Source of the DNA: an uncultured Acidobacteriota bacterium
GTDB taxonomy: Bacteria > Acidobacteriota > Vicinamibacteria > Vicinamibacterales > CAVVIG01
Direction of reading: 5' to 3'
Length of the DNA: 64,000 nt
Assembly (NCBI GenBank): GCA_963814975.1
Contig: CAWFFB010000010.1
Coordinates: 1-64,000 of the forward strand
The notes beneath the pieces are model-generated. The model had not been told where the DNA came from and made no database searches. It saw only the letters and a list, made by a program, of their open reading frames with translations. Numbering within the stretch: position 1 is the stretch's first letter; every line of letters starts with the position of its first letter. Below are positions 38,432 to 47,349 of this stretch, piece by piece. The translations under genes and the position numbers were made by a program.

Positions 38432-40234
38432 TCATTTTGAACGCTCCTTGACTTGGCGTAATTTGCTAAAGGATTGGGGCACCGACTGTGATTCAATCCA
38501 ACTGACCTGTGCCCCAAAAGATGGAATCGTTGGCATTGGTGCCCCAAAAGATGGAATCGTTCCGGTACCCCAGAAGATGGAATCGTTGCTGGTAGTGCCC
38601 CAAAAGATGGAATCGTTGCCATTGGTGCCCCAAAAGATGGAATCGTTACCAGTGGTGCCCCAGAAGATGGAATCGTTGCTGGTGGTGCCCCAAAAGATGG
38701 AGTCGTTTGTATTGGTGCCCCAAAAGATTGAATCATTGCTACTCGTGCCCCAGAAGATTGATTGGGGTTTGGCAGTGCCCCAGAAAATGCTGGTGCTGGT
38801 TACGGTTCCAGGGCGCCGTTCCGCATGGGCAGGAGTGGTGAAGGCCATTCCAGAAGCAAGGACTTGCTGACCAGCTAAGACTGTTTCTGGAAGCCGTGCT
38901 TTTCGAATATCCGTATCAAATTCAGCCGCGGCGAGCACATTCAGGCTTCCTGCGCCGCCCGCCATTAGCCCCTCGTCGGGCATGAACGAGCTGGTCATCT
39001 GCAGCACGGCCTTTGTTTCGCGAGGCGATAGCTTGCGCTGCTGATCCAGCAGCAGTGCGACCGCGCCGCTGACCACAGCGGTCGCCATGCTGGTTCCCGA
39101 CAGCTGGACGTAGGCGTTGGCGCCGGCGCCCGCCACGTGCCGATGGGAATACGTCGTCGCCAGATACGAGCCCTGCGCTTCGGCCGACACGATCCGGCTC
39201 CCCGGCGCTACCATATCCGGCTTGAGGGCCAGGTCGAACCGGGTCGGACCGCGCGAGCTGTACGCCGCCACCGTGTCGTCGGACCGGTACGGTGTCCCAT
39301 GCGTGTCGAGGGCGCCAATGGTGATCGCGTCCGGATGGTTGCCCGGCGACGTGATCCCGCCGAAAATGCGCTTCCCCTCAACGGTCTGTCCGTTGTTGCC
39401 CGCCGCCACGACGACAACCATGCCCGCGGCGATCGCCCGCTCGACAGCCTCGCACACCGGGTCGTCCGCGTACGGCTGCACCACCGGCGTTCCCAGCGAC
39501 AGGTTGATGACCTTGATGTTGTACGCCTTGCGATGCTCAATCGCCCAATCGATCGCCTCGACGACGTCGCTCGCATAGCCGGACCCGTCTGCGCCGAGCA
39601 CCCGCAGGTTCACGATGAAGGCGCCAGGGGCGATGCCGCGGTAATCGTCGGTGTCCGCCGTACGTCCCCGCTGCCCCGCGATAGTTGCCGCCACATGCGT
39701 TCCGTGCCCGTACACGTCCTGGCCGGTTCCCCCCGTGAAGTCGACGGTGGTGAGGACGCGCTTCTGCAGCGCCGCGTGACCGAAATCGACGCCCGAATCG
39801 ATGACGGCGACCGCGACGCCGGCCCCCGTCAGCATTGGGAGGCCCTCGCTGCCCGCCCACACCTGATCCGCCCCGATGCTTTCGGCGGTGACCTCCGACG
39901 CACGAAACCGGGCGTCGGCCGACAGATGCTCGACGGCCTGGTCGTCGCTGAGCGCCGCCAGCTGACCGGCGGTCAGTCTGAGCACCGCCCCGCTCTTGAG
40001 GTAGCGCGCCACGCGCAGGTTGTAGCGCGCCGCCAGCGCGTCCACCTCCGTCCGCGTGCCGTGCACGATGACGGCGATCGTCTGCGACCCGGCCGTCAGG
40101 TGATCCTCGAGGTCGGCACTCAACCTCGCACGACGGGCGGCAAACGCCGGCGAGATGCCCACTGACGCGACGAGCAGGGCGGCCAAGACGACGCGGGACA
40201 AGCGGGCGACGACGGTCATCGGGATTTGGTCCAC
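38432..40234 (-). CDS. secreted S8 subtilisin-family serine protease with C-terminal 10x nonapeptide tandem repeat
   Basis: 600-aa intact ORF with a signal peptide and the D/H/S catalytic motifs (VIDSGVD, HGTHVAATIAG, GTSMATAVVSG). The C-terminus is SIFWGTAKPQ SIFWGTSSND SIFWGTNTND SIFWGTTSND SIFWGTTGND SIFWGTNGND SIFWGTTSND SIFWGTGT... Confidence 0.85.
   Translation of the reverse strand: MDQIPMTVVARLSRVVLAALLVASVGISPAFAARRARLSADLEDHLTAGSQTIAVIVHGTRTEVDALAARYNLRVARYLKSGAVLRLTAGQLAALSDDQAVEHLSADARFRASEVTAESIGADQVWAGSEGLPMLTGAGVAVAVIDSGVDFGHAALQKRVLTTVDFTGGTGQDVYGHGTHVAATIAGQRGRTADTDDYRGIAPGAFIVNLRVLGADGSGYASDVVEAIDWAIEHRKAYNIKVINLSLGTPVVQPYADDPVCEAVERAIAAGMVVVVAAGNNGQTVEGKRIFGGITSPGNHPDAITIGALDTHGTPYRSDDTVAAYSSRGPTRFDLALKPDMVAPGSRIVSAEAQGSYLATTYSHRHVAGAGANAYVQLSGTSMATAVVSGAVALLLDQQRKLSPRETKAVLQMTSSFMPDEGLMAGGAGSLNVLAAAEFDTDIRKARLPETVLAGQQVLASGMAFTTPAHAERRPGTVTSTSIFWGTAKPQSIFWGTSSNDSIFWGTNTNDSIFWGTTSNDSIFWGTTGNDSIFWGTNGNDSIFWGTTSNDSIFWGTGTIPSFGAPMPTIPSFGAQVSWIESQSVPQSFSKLRQVKERSK
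38497..38770. repeat. about 10 direct tandem copies of a 27-bp unit (consensus on + strand roughly gtgccccaaaagatggaatcgttgcyr), in-frame within the subtilisin gene
   Basis: Directly visible at 38497-38770: the 'ccccaaaagatggaatcgtt' core recurs every 27 nt with point variants (ccccagaagatggaatcgtt, ccccaaaagattgaatcatt). It encodes the NDSIFWGTx repeat on the minus strand. Confidence 0.85.
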
Positions 40235-40249
40235 GGGAATGTCTCCGAT

Positions 40250-40507
40250 TCAATCAGTTACAGGCTTCGAGGGGTGGCTGCCTCGATCACTGGGCTTGTT
40301 CAGCGACTCGAGCAGAACGCGCTGGGATCCGCCAGGGGTACGAATCGTCTGGAGACGACCCTCGCGGATGCGGTTGTAAATCGTCCGGCGTGACACCCCG
40401 AGGACCACCGCCGCGTGGTCCAACGAAACGCTTCGGCCGATACGGGCTTCAGAGCTGCCTTCGAATGTGCGGTCAATCAATGCCATCAGCCGTTGCTCCT
40501 GGGTCAC
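40250..40507 (-). CDS. excisionase/MerR-type helix-turn-helix DNA-binding protein (paralog of 32659..33033)
   Basis: 85-aa ORF: VLGVSRRTIYNRIREGRLQTIRTPGGSQRVLLESL. It matches the upstream paralog residue for residue across the HTH. Confidence 0.6.
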   Translation of the reverse strand: MTQEQRLMALIDRTFEGSSEARIGRSVSLDHAAVVLGVSRRTIYNRIREGRLQTIRTPGGSQRVLLESLNKPSDRGSHPSKPVTD

Positions 40508-40774
40508 GACATCTGTAATCGCACGTGCGTGGCCAGCCCAGCTGGGAGCGCCAGCTCGGGTGGCTCGATCGATTTAAACGTTTGATGGGTATGGAGTTAC
40601 TGTTCTAAGATACGCGTGGGGTCTGAAGCCCGGTTCCCGGGCGATCAGCCAGTAAGCTAGCTAGCGAGACCGTAAGAACGGCCGGGCTGGAACAAGTTTG
40701 CATGCAAAATCGTCCGAAATGCTCGAGCTTGGTACAATTGTGATCGGTCAGATTGTTGGCTCTTGAGCTAGCTT

Positions 40775-42508
40775 TTGACCAGACACCAACGCCACACCCT
40801 CCCGTTCCGGATCGCCATCCTGGTTGCCGCCGTGGCGACGGGGTGTCGAGCCCCCGCCGATCCTCCGCCGGCGACCGCCCCGCAGGGGATCCCCCGCGGC
40901 GGCGACCTTCGTGTCGCGGTGCGCACCGAACCGCAGTCCTTCAACTGGTACACGCGCCACGATGGATCCACGTACATCGTCACGGCCCTCACGCAGGCCC
41001 GCCTGTTCCAGGTGAATCGCGCGACGCAGGAAGTCGAGCCGTGGCTCGCCGAGGGCTCGACCCGGTCCGCCGATGGCCTGGAGTACACGATCAAGCTGCG
41101 GCCGAACATCGTCTTCGCCGACGGCCATCCGTTTACCGCGGACGACGTCGTGTTTTCCTTCGCGGCGGCGTACAACGAACGCGCCGGGAGCATCCTGGCC
41201 GACGCGATGAGAATCGCGGGCAAACCGCTGCAGGTGTCCGCCGTGGATCCCCTCACCGTCGTTGTCACCTTTCCGGTGGCGTTTGCGCCCGGGCTCGTGC
41301 TCCTCGACAATCTGCCGATTCTGCCGAAGCACAAGCTTCAGGCCGCGCTCGACGCCGGGACGTTCGGCAGCGCGTGGGGACTGGGCACGCCGGTCGCCGA
41401 GATCGCCGGCCTCGGGCCGTTCGTGCTGTCCGAGTACGCGCCGGGCCAGCGGACAGTCTTTACGCGCAACCCGAACTACTTCCGGAAGGACCCCGCCGGC
41501 GCGTCCCTCCCATACCTCGATCGTGTCATCGTCGAGGTCGTGCCTGACCAGAACGCCCAGTTGTTGCAGCTCGATGCCGGCAGCCTCGACATGACGGGAT
41601 CCGAGGTGCGGCCGGAAGACTACGCGCCGCTGAAGCGCGCGGCCGAGGCCGGGCGCGTCCAGTTGCTCGATTTAGGGATGGCGTCCGACCCGGATAGCTT
41701 CTGGATCAACCTCCGGCCTGGCGCATTTGCCAAGGATCCCCGTGCCGGCTGGATGCAGCGCGACGAACTGCGGCAGGCGATCTCGCTGGCGGTCGATCGC
41801 CAGGCGTTTGCAGATACGGTGTACCTGGGCGCCGGCGCCCCGGCCTTCGGCCCGGTGACGCCCGCCAACAAGAAATGGTATTCAGCCGACCTGCCGCAAA
41901 CGCCGCACGATCCGGCCCGTGCGAAGACGTTGCTGGCCTCAATCGGTTTGACGGACCGTAACGGCGACGGCGTGCTCGACGATGCGCACAACCAACCGGC
42001 GCGCTTTGCGCTGCTGACTCAGAAAGGGCAGACGGCCCTCGAGCGTGGCGCTGCCGTGATCCGTGACGAGCTGAAGAAGGTCGGGCTTCTCGTCGACGTC
42101 GTCCCCCTCGAGGGCAACGCACTGGTTCAGCGGTTCCTGTCAGGTGAACCGTACGACGCCATCTATTTTCAGTTCGGGATGACCAACCCGGACCCCGCGC
42201 TGAGTCTGGATTTCTGGTTGAGCTCCGGCGACTCGCGCGTCTGGAACCTCGCGCAGAAGGTGCCGGCGACCGACTGGGAGCGCCAGATCGACGAGTTGAT
42301 GGCGAAGCAGATTACCGCGACCGGCGAGGTGGAGCGCAAGCGGCTGTTCGATCAGGTGCAGCGCGTGTTCGCGGCGCATCTGCCGGTCGTGCATTTCGTC
42401 GCGCCCAAGATCTTCGTGGCGGCTTCGAGCCGCACCACGAACCTCACGCCCGCGATTACGCGCCCGCAGTTCCTGTGGGCGGCGGAGACGATCGCCGTGA
42501 AGCCGTAG
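40775..42508 (+). CDS. ABC transporter substrate-binding protein, family 5 (oligopeptide/dipeptide/nickel type)
   Basis: 577-aa intact ORF. It has a lipoprotein-like signal (ILVAAVATGCRA) and is long and collinear with SBP_bac_5 proteins. Confidence 0.85.
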   Translation: MTRHQRHTLPFRIAILVAAVATGCRAPADPPPATAPQGIPRGGDLRVAVRTEPQSFNWYTRHDGSTYIVTALTQARLFQVNRATQEVEPWLAEGSTRSADGLEYTIKLRPNIVFADGHPFTADDVVFSFAAAYNERAGSILADAMRIAGKPLQVSAVDPLTVVVTFPVAFAPGLVLLDNLPILPKHKLQAALDAGTFGSAWGLGTPVAEIAGLGPFVLSEYAPGQRTVFTRNPNYFRKDPAGASLPYLDRVIVEVVPDQNAQLLQLDAGSLDMTGSEVRPEDYAPLKRAAEAGRVQLLDLGMASDPDSFWINLRPGAFAKDPRAGWMQRDELRQAISLAVDRQAFADTVYLGAGAPAFGPVTPANKKWYSADLPQTPHDPARAKTLLASIGLTDRNGDGVLDDAHNQPARFALLTQKGQTALERGAAVIRDELKKVGLLVDVVPLEGNALVQRFLSGEPYDAIYFQFGMTNPDPALSLDFWLSSGDSRVWNLAQKVPATDWERQIDELMAKQITATGEVERKRLFDQVQRVFAAHLPVVHFVAPKIFVAASSRTTNLTPAITRPQFLWAAETIAVKP

Positions 42509-42516
42509 CCGGGCGC

Positions 42517-43470
42517 ATGCTGTCGTTCCTGCTGCGCCGCCTCCTGTTTGCCGCGTGCCTGGTGTTCGCCGTGTCGTCCGCGTCGATGGTGGTCACGCGC
42601 CTGGCCCCGGGCGATTACGCGACCGGCGCGCTGGGGCTCGGCGCCAGCCAGGAAGCGCGCGCTCAAATGCGCGCGCGCTTCGGCCTCGACCGGCCGCTCG
42701 GCGCGCAGTACTGGGACTGGCTGCGACGCGCCGTCCGCCTCGACTTCGGACGCTCGCTCGCCTACGACCGTCCGGTCATCGATCTGATTCCTGAACGCGC
42801 CGCCAATACGGCCCTCCTTGCGCTGAGCGCGCTGTTCCTGGCGACGATCGTCGGCCTGCCGCTCGGCATCCTGACAGGCACCCACCGCGGAGGGGCGCTG
42901 CCGGGTACCGTACGCGCGGTGTCGGTCCTGCTGCTGTCGATGCCACCGCTCCTCACATCGCTCCTCCTGGTCTTTCTCGCGGCGCGGACCGGATGGTTCC
43001 CGATTGGCGGCATGCGGTCGATCGACACCGGGAGCGGCGGCGCTGCCGCGCTCGACTTGCTGTGGCACATGGTGGTGCCGGTTCTCGCGCTGGCCATGCC
43101 GCTGGCCGCGATGTTCGAGCGTCTACAGGCTCAGGCGATATCCGAGGTCGTCGGTCAGCGCTACGTGCTGGCCACGCTGGCGCGTGGCGTTCCGCGAGCG
43201 CGTGTGATCTGGCGGGACGCGCTCAAAGCCGCGCTCCGTCCGGCGGCCTCAATCTATGGCATCGTCGTCGGCACGCTGCTCAGCGGCTCGTTCGCTGTCG
43301 AGATCATCATGTCCTGGCCGGGTCTGGGGCGCCTGATGCTCGACGCGCTGCGGGCGCGCGACGTGTACCTCGTCGCCGGGTGCGCGGCGGCCGGATCGGC
43401 GTTTCTGGCGGCCGGCACGCTGCTGTCGGACGCCGCGCTGGCGGCTGTCGATCCGCGATCGACGGAATGA
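42517..43470 (+). CDS. ABC transporter permease (DppB/OppB-like)
   Basis: MLSFLLRRLLFAACLVF... with about 6 TM helices and the EAA-like loop. Intact. Confidence 0.8.
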   Translation: MLSFLLRRLLFAACLVFAVSSASMVVTRLAPGDYATGALGLGASQEARAQMRARFGLDRPLGAQYWDWLRRAVRLDFGRSLAYDRPVIDLIPERAANTALLALSALFLATIVGLPLGILTGTHRGGALPGTVRAVSVLLLSMPPLLTSLLLVFLAARTGWFPIGGMRSIDTGSGGAAALDLLWHMVVPVLALAMPLAAMFERLQAQAISEVVGQRYVLATLARGVPRARVIWRDALKAALRPAASIYGIVVGTLLSGSFAVEIIMSWPGLGRLMLDALRARDVYLVAGCAAAGSAFLAAGTLLSDAALAAVDPRSTE

Positions 43471-43480
43471 CGCGAACGAG

Positions 43481-44479
43481 ATGACCCGCGGGCTCGGCGC
43501 ATTCGTCGTGATCCTGGCGGCTGTTGCCGCGCTCACAGCGCCTCTTGTCGCCCCGCATCCGATCGATCAGCAGTTCGGAGGGCTGTTGAATGCGCCGCCG
43601 ACGCTCGTCCGCGTCCGCGACGATGCGGGACGCTGGCGTGCGCCGTTCATCTACCCTTGGAAGCGCGTCAGCCAGCTCGAGCAGCGATACGAAGAGGATC
43701 GACTGAGATCGGTCCCACTTGTCTGGTTCGCCGGGGGACGGTTGATGCGCTCGGCCGACGAAGCCGTCGCGCCTCTCCTGATCCTCGGTGCTGACAGTTA
43801 TGGCCGCGATGTATTCAGCCGCCTGTTGTACGGTGCGCGGATTTCGCTGGGTCTGTCGCTGCTGGCGGCCATCGGCGCCACGATCGTCGGCGGGCTCATC
43901 GGCGGCGTTGCCGGTTACATCGGCGGCCCGGTAGACGACCTGCTGATGCGGGCGTCGGATTTCGTGCTGGTCCTGCCGGCGATGTACGTCGCGCTGGCGC
44001 TGCGTTCGATCATGCCGCTGGTACTCGCAGCAGGCACCGTCTTTCTGCTGCTGGCCGGAATTTTCGCGGTCGTCGGCGCACCCTTCATCACACGCGGCGT
44101 TCGCGCCATCGTCCGCGCCGAGCGCCGGCTCGACTATGCGGCCGCCGCGGCGTCGCTCGGCGCCGGCCACATGCGTCTCCTGGGCCGGCATCTGCTGCCG
44201 GCGGCCCGCGGCTTCGTCGTCGTGCAATTGACGATGCTGATTCCCGCGTTCATCGTGTCCGAGGCGACGCTCTCCTACGTCGGCCTGGGCTTTCCGGATC
44301 CGGTCGCGAGCTGGGGGACGATGCTGCAGGACGCATCCAGCATCCGGGCCTTTGCGGATTTTCCCTGGCTGCTCAGTCCCGCTGCTGCAATGTTCCTCGT
44401 CGTGCTCGGCCTGAATCTCATGCTGCAGGACCGGCCCGAGCGTCTCGGTGAAGGCCACGGCGTTCCGCGACAGTTATGA
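43481..44479 (+). CDS. ABC transporter permease (DppC/OppC-like)
   Basis: 332-aa intact ORF with TM helices and the binding-protein-dependent transport signature. Confidence 0.8.
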   Translation: MTRGLGAFVVILAAVAALTAPLVAPHPIDQQFGGLLNAPPTLVRVRDDAGRWRAPFIYPWKRVSQLEQRYEEDRLRSVPLVWFAGGRLMRSADEAVAPLLILGADSYGRDVFSRLLYGARISLGLSLLAAIGATIVGGLIGGVAGYIGGPVDDLLMRASDFVLVLPAMYVALALRSIMPLVLAAGTVFLLLAGIFAVVGAPFITRGVRAIVRAERRLDYAAAAASLGAGHMRLLGRHLLPAARGFVVVQLTMLIPAFIVSEATLSYVGLGFPDPVASWGTMLQDASSIRAFADFPWLLSPAAAMFLVVLGLNLMLQDRPERLGEGHGVPRQL

Positions 44480-44498
44480 CCTCGTCTACAATGAGCGT

Positions 44499-45389
44499 AT
44501 GCCTGTGACCGGCGTCCTGGCCCCGGTTCCGACTCCGTTCGATGAGTACGACCGTGTGGACCTCGTGCGGCTGCGAGCCGCCTTCGCGCGCTGGGTTGCC
44601 AGTCCGCTGAGTGGCTTCGTCGTCCTCGGTTCCAACGGCGAGGCGGCGCTGATGGACGAGGAGGAAAGCGACCGGGTCGTTGGAACGGCCCGCGAACTCG
44701 TCCCGTCCGGACGCGCGTTCATCGTCGGCACCGGGCGCGAGTCCACGCAGGCGACTGTTCGGGCCACCAGGCGCGCCGCGGCGCTCGGGGCCGACGCGGT
44801 GCTGGTGCGCACGCCCGGGTTTTTCAAGTCCCACATGACGACCGATGTCTTCGTTCGTCATTACACGGAGGTCGCCGACGCCTCGCCCGTCCCAGTCTTC
44901 CTGTACAACTTCACCGCGGTGACTGGTGTGAACCTGTTGCCAGCCGCCGTGTCGCGGCTGGCGACTCACCCCAACATCGTCGGGATGAAGGAGTCGGGCG
45001 GCGACGTCGCGCAGATTGCCGATCTGGTTGAGCAGACCCCCGCGTCTTTTGCGGTCCTCGCCGGTTCGAGCGCCACCTTCTACGCGGCGCTGTGCGTGGG
45101 CGCCGCTGGCGGCATTCTCGCGCTTGCCGGCCTGGTGCCTGGGCCATGCGTACGACTGTTCGAGCTGACCAGAGAGGGACGCCACGAGGAAGCGCGTTCG
45201 CTCCAGCGGCAGCTTCTACCTCTCGGCCGTCTCCTCGGCCAGGTGTATGGTGTTGCAGGCTTGAAGGCGGCCATGCAGCTGACCGGATGCGACGTGGGGG
45301 CACCTCGGCCGCCACTCGCTCCTGTGCCGGACGCTGGTCTGGTTGCACTGCGAGAGGCGCTCGCGAAGTTCCAGGAAGTGGCGGTGTGA
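44499..45389 (+). CDS. dihydrodipicolinate synthase / N-acetylneuraminate lyase family (class I aldolase) protein
   Basis: MPVTGVLAPVPTPFDEYDRVDLVRLRAAFARWV...GFVVLGSNGEAALMDEEE...PVFLYNFTAVTGVNL...GMKESGGD. The DHDPS-family motifs and the Schiff-base Lys context are present. Intact. Confidence 0.8.
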   Translation: MPVTGVLAPVPTPFDEYDRVDLVRLRAAFARWVASPLSGFVVLGSNGEAALMDEEESDRVVGTARELVPSGRAFIVGTGRESTQATVRATRRAAALGADAVLVRTPGFFKSHMTTDVFVRHYTEVADASPVPVFLYNFTAVTGVNLLPAAVSRLATHPNIVGMKESGGDVAQIADLVEQTPASFAVLAGSSATFYAALCVGAAGGILALAGLVPGPCVRLFELTREGRHEEARSLQRQLLPLGRLLGQVYGVAGLKAAMQLTGCDVGAPRPPLAPVPDAGLVALREALAKFQEVAV

Positions 45390-45514
45390 GCCTGCTGCCC
45401 GAGGTCGGCCGCATCCTGCCGGGCCCGGAGTCGACCCTCACGTTGTCCCGCGCGCCGAACCCGGGCTACGCCGCCGATCGGTTCCGGCAAACGCCGTGAC
45501 TCGCTCGGTGTACA

Positions 45515-46273
45515 TGCGATCCCTTCGTCGATGGTCTGCCGGCGCCCTCGGGGTCGTGTTCGCGTATCTCGCGTTACCAGTATTTGACGCTGCCTGACGT
45601 ACGGCAGCTCGAGACTGTGAATCCGCCGACGACGGCCTTCATGGAACTGCGGGCGCGCGAGGCGAGGGCGCGGGGTACGCAACCGCGGCGCGTCCAGCAG
45701 TGGGTGAGCTATCGCCGAATCTCGCCCAACCTCACACGTGCGGTTCTGGTGGCCGAAGACGCCGCGTTCTGGCAGCACGAAGGCGTCGATTTCGAGGAGC
45801 TGCAGAAATCGATCGAGCTCGACTGGGCGCGCGGCCAGCTGCTGCGCGGCGCGAGCACCATCACGCAGCAGCTCGCGAAGAACCTTTACCTCTCGCCGTC
45901 GAGGAACCCCGTCAGAAAGCTTCGCGAGCTGATCATCGCGCGCCGGCTCGAGGCCGCGCTGCCGAAGGCTCGGATCCTCGAGCTGTACCTGAATCTGATC
46001 GAATGGGGCGACGGAATATACGGCGTCGAGGCGGCCGCCCGGACGTACTTCGGCAGTTCCGCGGCTGCGCTGGGACCGAGGGAATCCGCGTTGCTGGCCG
46101 GCGCGATCATCAACCCGCGGGTCCTGAATCCGGCCAAGCCCACGGCTCGTCTCGCCCGCCGGCAGCAGTTGATTCTGAGCCGCATGGGCGGTATCGCACC
46201 GCCCGTGGCTTCTCCCACTCGTCAGCTCGAGCCGCCAGCGCCGCCGGTTGACAAAGTCCCACCTGACAATTGA
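45515..46273 (+). CDS. mtgA: monofunctional biosynthetic peptidoglycan transglycosylase, frameshift near 45590 between TM anchor and GT51 domain
   Basis: The N-terminal anchor MRSLRRWSAGALGVVFAYLALP is in one frame. The GT51 domain (ORF 45584..46273: ISPNLTRAVLVAEDAAFWQHEGVD, GASTITQQLAKNLYLSPSRN, RKLRELIIARRLEAALPKARILELYLNLIEWGDGIYGVEAAARTYFG) is in the next. Confidence 0.75.
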   Translation, partial: CDPFVDGLPAPSGSCSRISRYQYLTLPDVRQLETVNPPTTAFMELRAREARARGTQPRRVQQWVSYRRISPNLTRAVLVAEDAAFWQHEGVDFEELQKSIELDWARGQLLRGASTITQQLAKNLYLSPSRNPVRKLRELIIARRLEAALPKARILELYLNLIEWGDGIYGVEAAARTYFGSSAAALGPRESALLAGAIINPRVLNPAKPTARLARRQQLILSRMGGIAPPVASPTRQLEPPAPPVDKVPPDN

Positions 46274-46499
46274 ATGCCACCGCTCGTTCCCGGTGAGAAA
46301 CCGGTCGAAACGCCACCGGCTGTGATGCCCACCGTCGACCCAGCGTAATTTGCGCGGAAACAACGCCGCTCAGCTTGACCTCCGGAAGTCGCTTCGCTAT
46401 AGTCAAAAGGCTCCAGAGTTCCACGAAAAACCTGACCGGTCCGGAGTTGCGTCCGCCTAGCTGGCGCGCCGAGATTCGACGTGTGCCGGGTCAAGCAGC

Positions 46500-47349
46500 T
46501 TGCAGTCATTGCGCGAACGCATGATCAACTACACCGACCGCCTCGCGCTGCTGATGCAAGACATCGTCTCGCGGGTGCCTGCCTTGTCGTTCATCGACAT
46601 GGCCGAGGTGCTGGTGTTTGCGCGGCCAGGACGGACCAGCGCCGAGGGCGCCTTCGCCACCTGCCACTGCCTCAGTCTTCCGCCGAGCGAGCCCGGCTAT
46701 TACTTCTGGCGCGACCGCCATACTTCCTGCATCACGCGACGCTCCGAATGGTTCGTCACCAAATCGCCTGTCGTCACCATCGGGGCGCGGCAGGTGAAGT
46801 ACATGCTTCTCGTTCACGCTGCCGCGCTTCCCGGATCAGTCGCTCGACAAATCGCGGAAGGAGCGGTGGTATCCCGGCCTGAACAACACGTGGATCGCGA
46901 AGCTCGATACCGTCGTTCACGAGCTGTATCACATCGATCCCGAGCACAACGGCATCCGCAGGATCGATCGCGGTGACGGCACCTACTCGGCGCACTGCCA
47001 CAGTCATCAATTCTTCGAGCAGGTGGCCGCCATGGTCACCGAGTACCTCGACACCCGTCCGGATCCGGTCGCGTACGATTTTCTCCAGTACGACTTCGCC
47101 GAACTCGAGGCGCGTCACGGCGGGGTCGTCGGCACGAGCTTCCGCACGTTTCCGTCCTATCCTCATCGGTTCCTCGAGGCGCTGCCGGTTCAGCCTGCGT
47201 GCGAGGCCGATACCCCCGGCGTCGAGGTACAACCAATCCGTAAAGGGCAGCAGCCCATGTGCTACACGGAAGAGGACCTCCACATCCGGCAGTTCATGAA
47301 GGACACGTCGAGGCGGCTGGTGCGGAAAGGGCAGTTCAGGGCCGCGTAA
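46500..47349 (+). CDS. hypothetical protein with HExxH motif (putative zinc metallopeptidase), about 2 frameshifts
   Basis: ORF 46500..46976, a middle piece (WYPGLNNTWIAKLDTVVHELYHIDPEHNGIRRIDRGDGTYSAHCHSHQFFEQVAAM) and ORF 47023..47349 are collinear in three frames. The HELYH motif is visible. Confidence 0.45.

Noticed and set aside
38497-38770. Regular 27-bp direct repeats that superficially resemble a CRISPR array
   Set aside because: The repeats are contiguous with no spacers. They lie in-frame inside an intact 600-aa subtilisin ORF and encode a nonapeptide repeat. No cas genes are nearby.
39137-40253. 342-aa plus ORF and 238-aa minus ORF
   Set aside because: They are antisense or off-frame to the subtilisin gene.
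45080-46363. 427-aa minus-strand ORF
   Set aside because: It is antisense to the DHDPS-family and mtgA genes.
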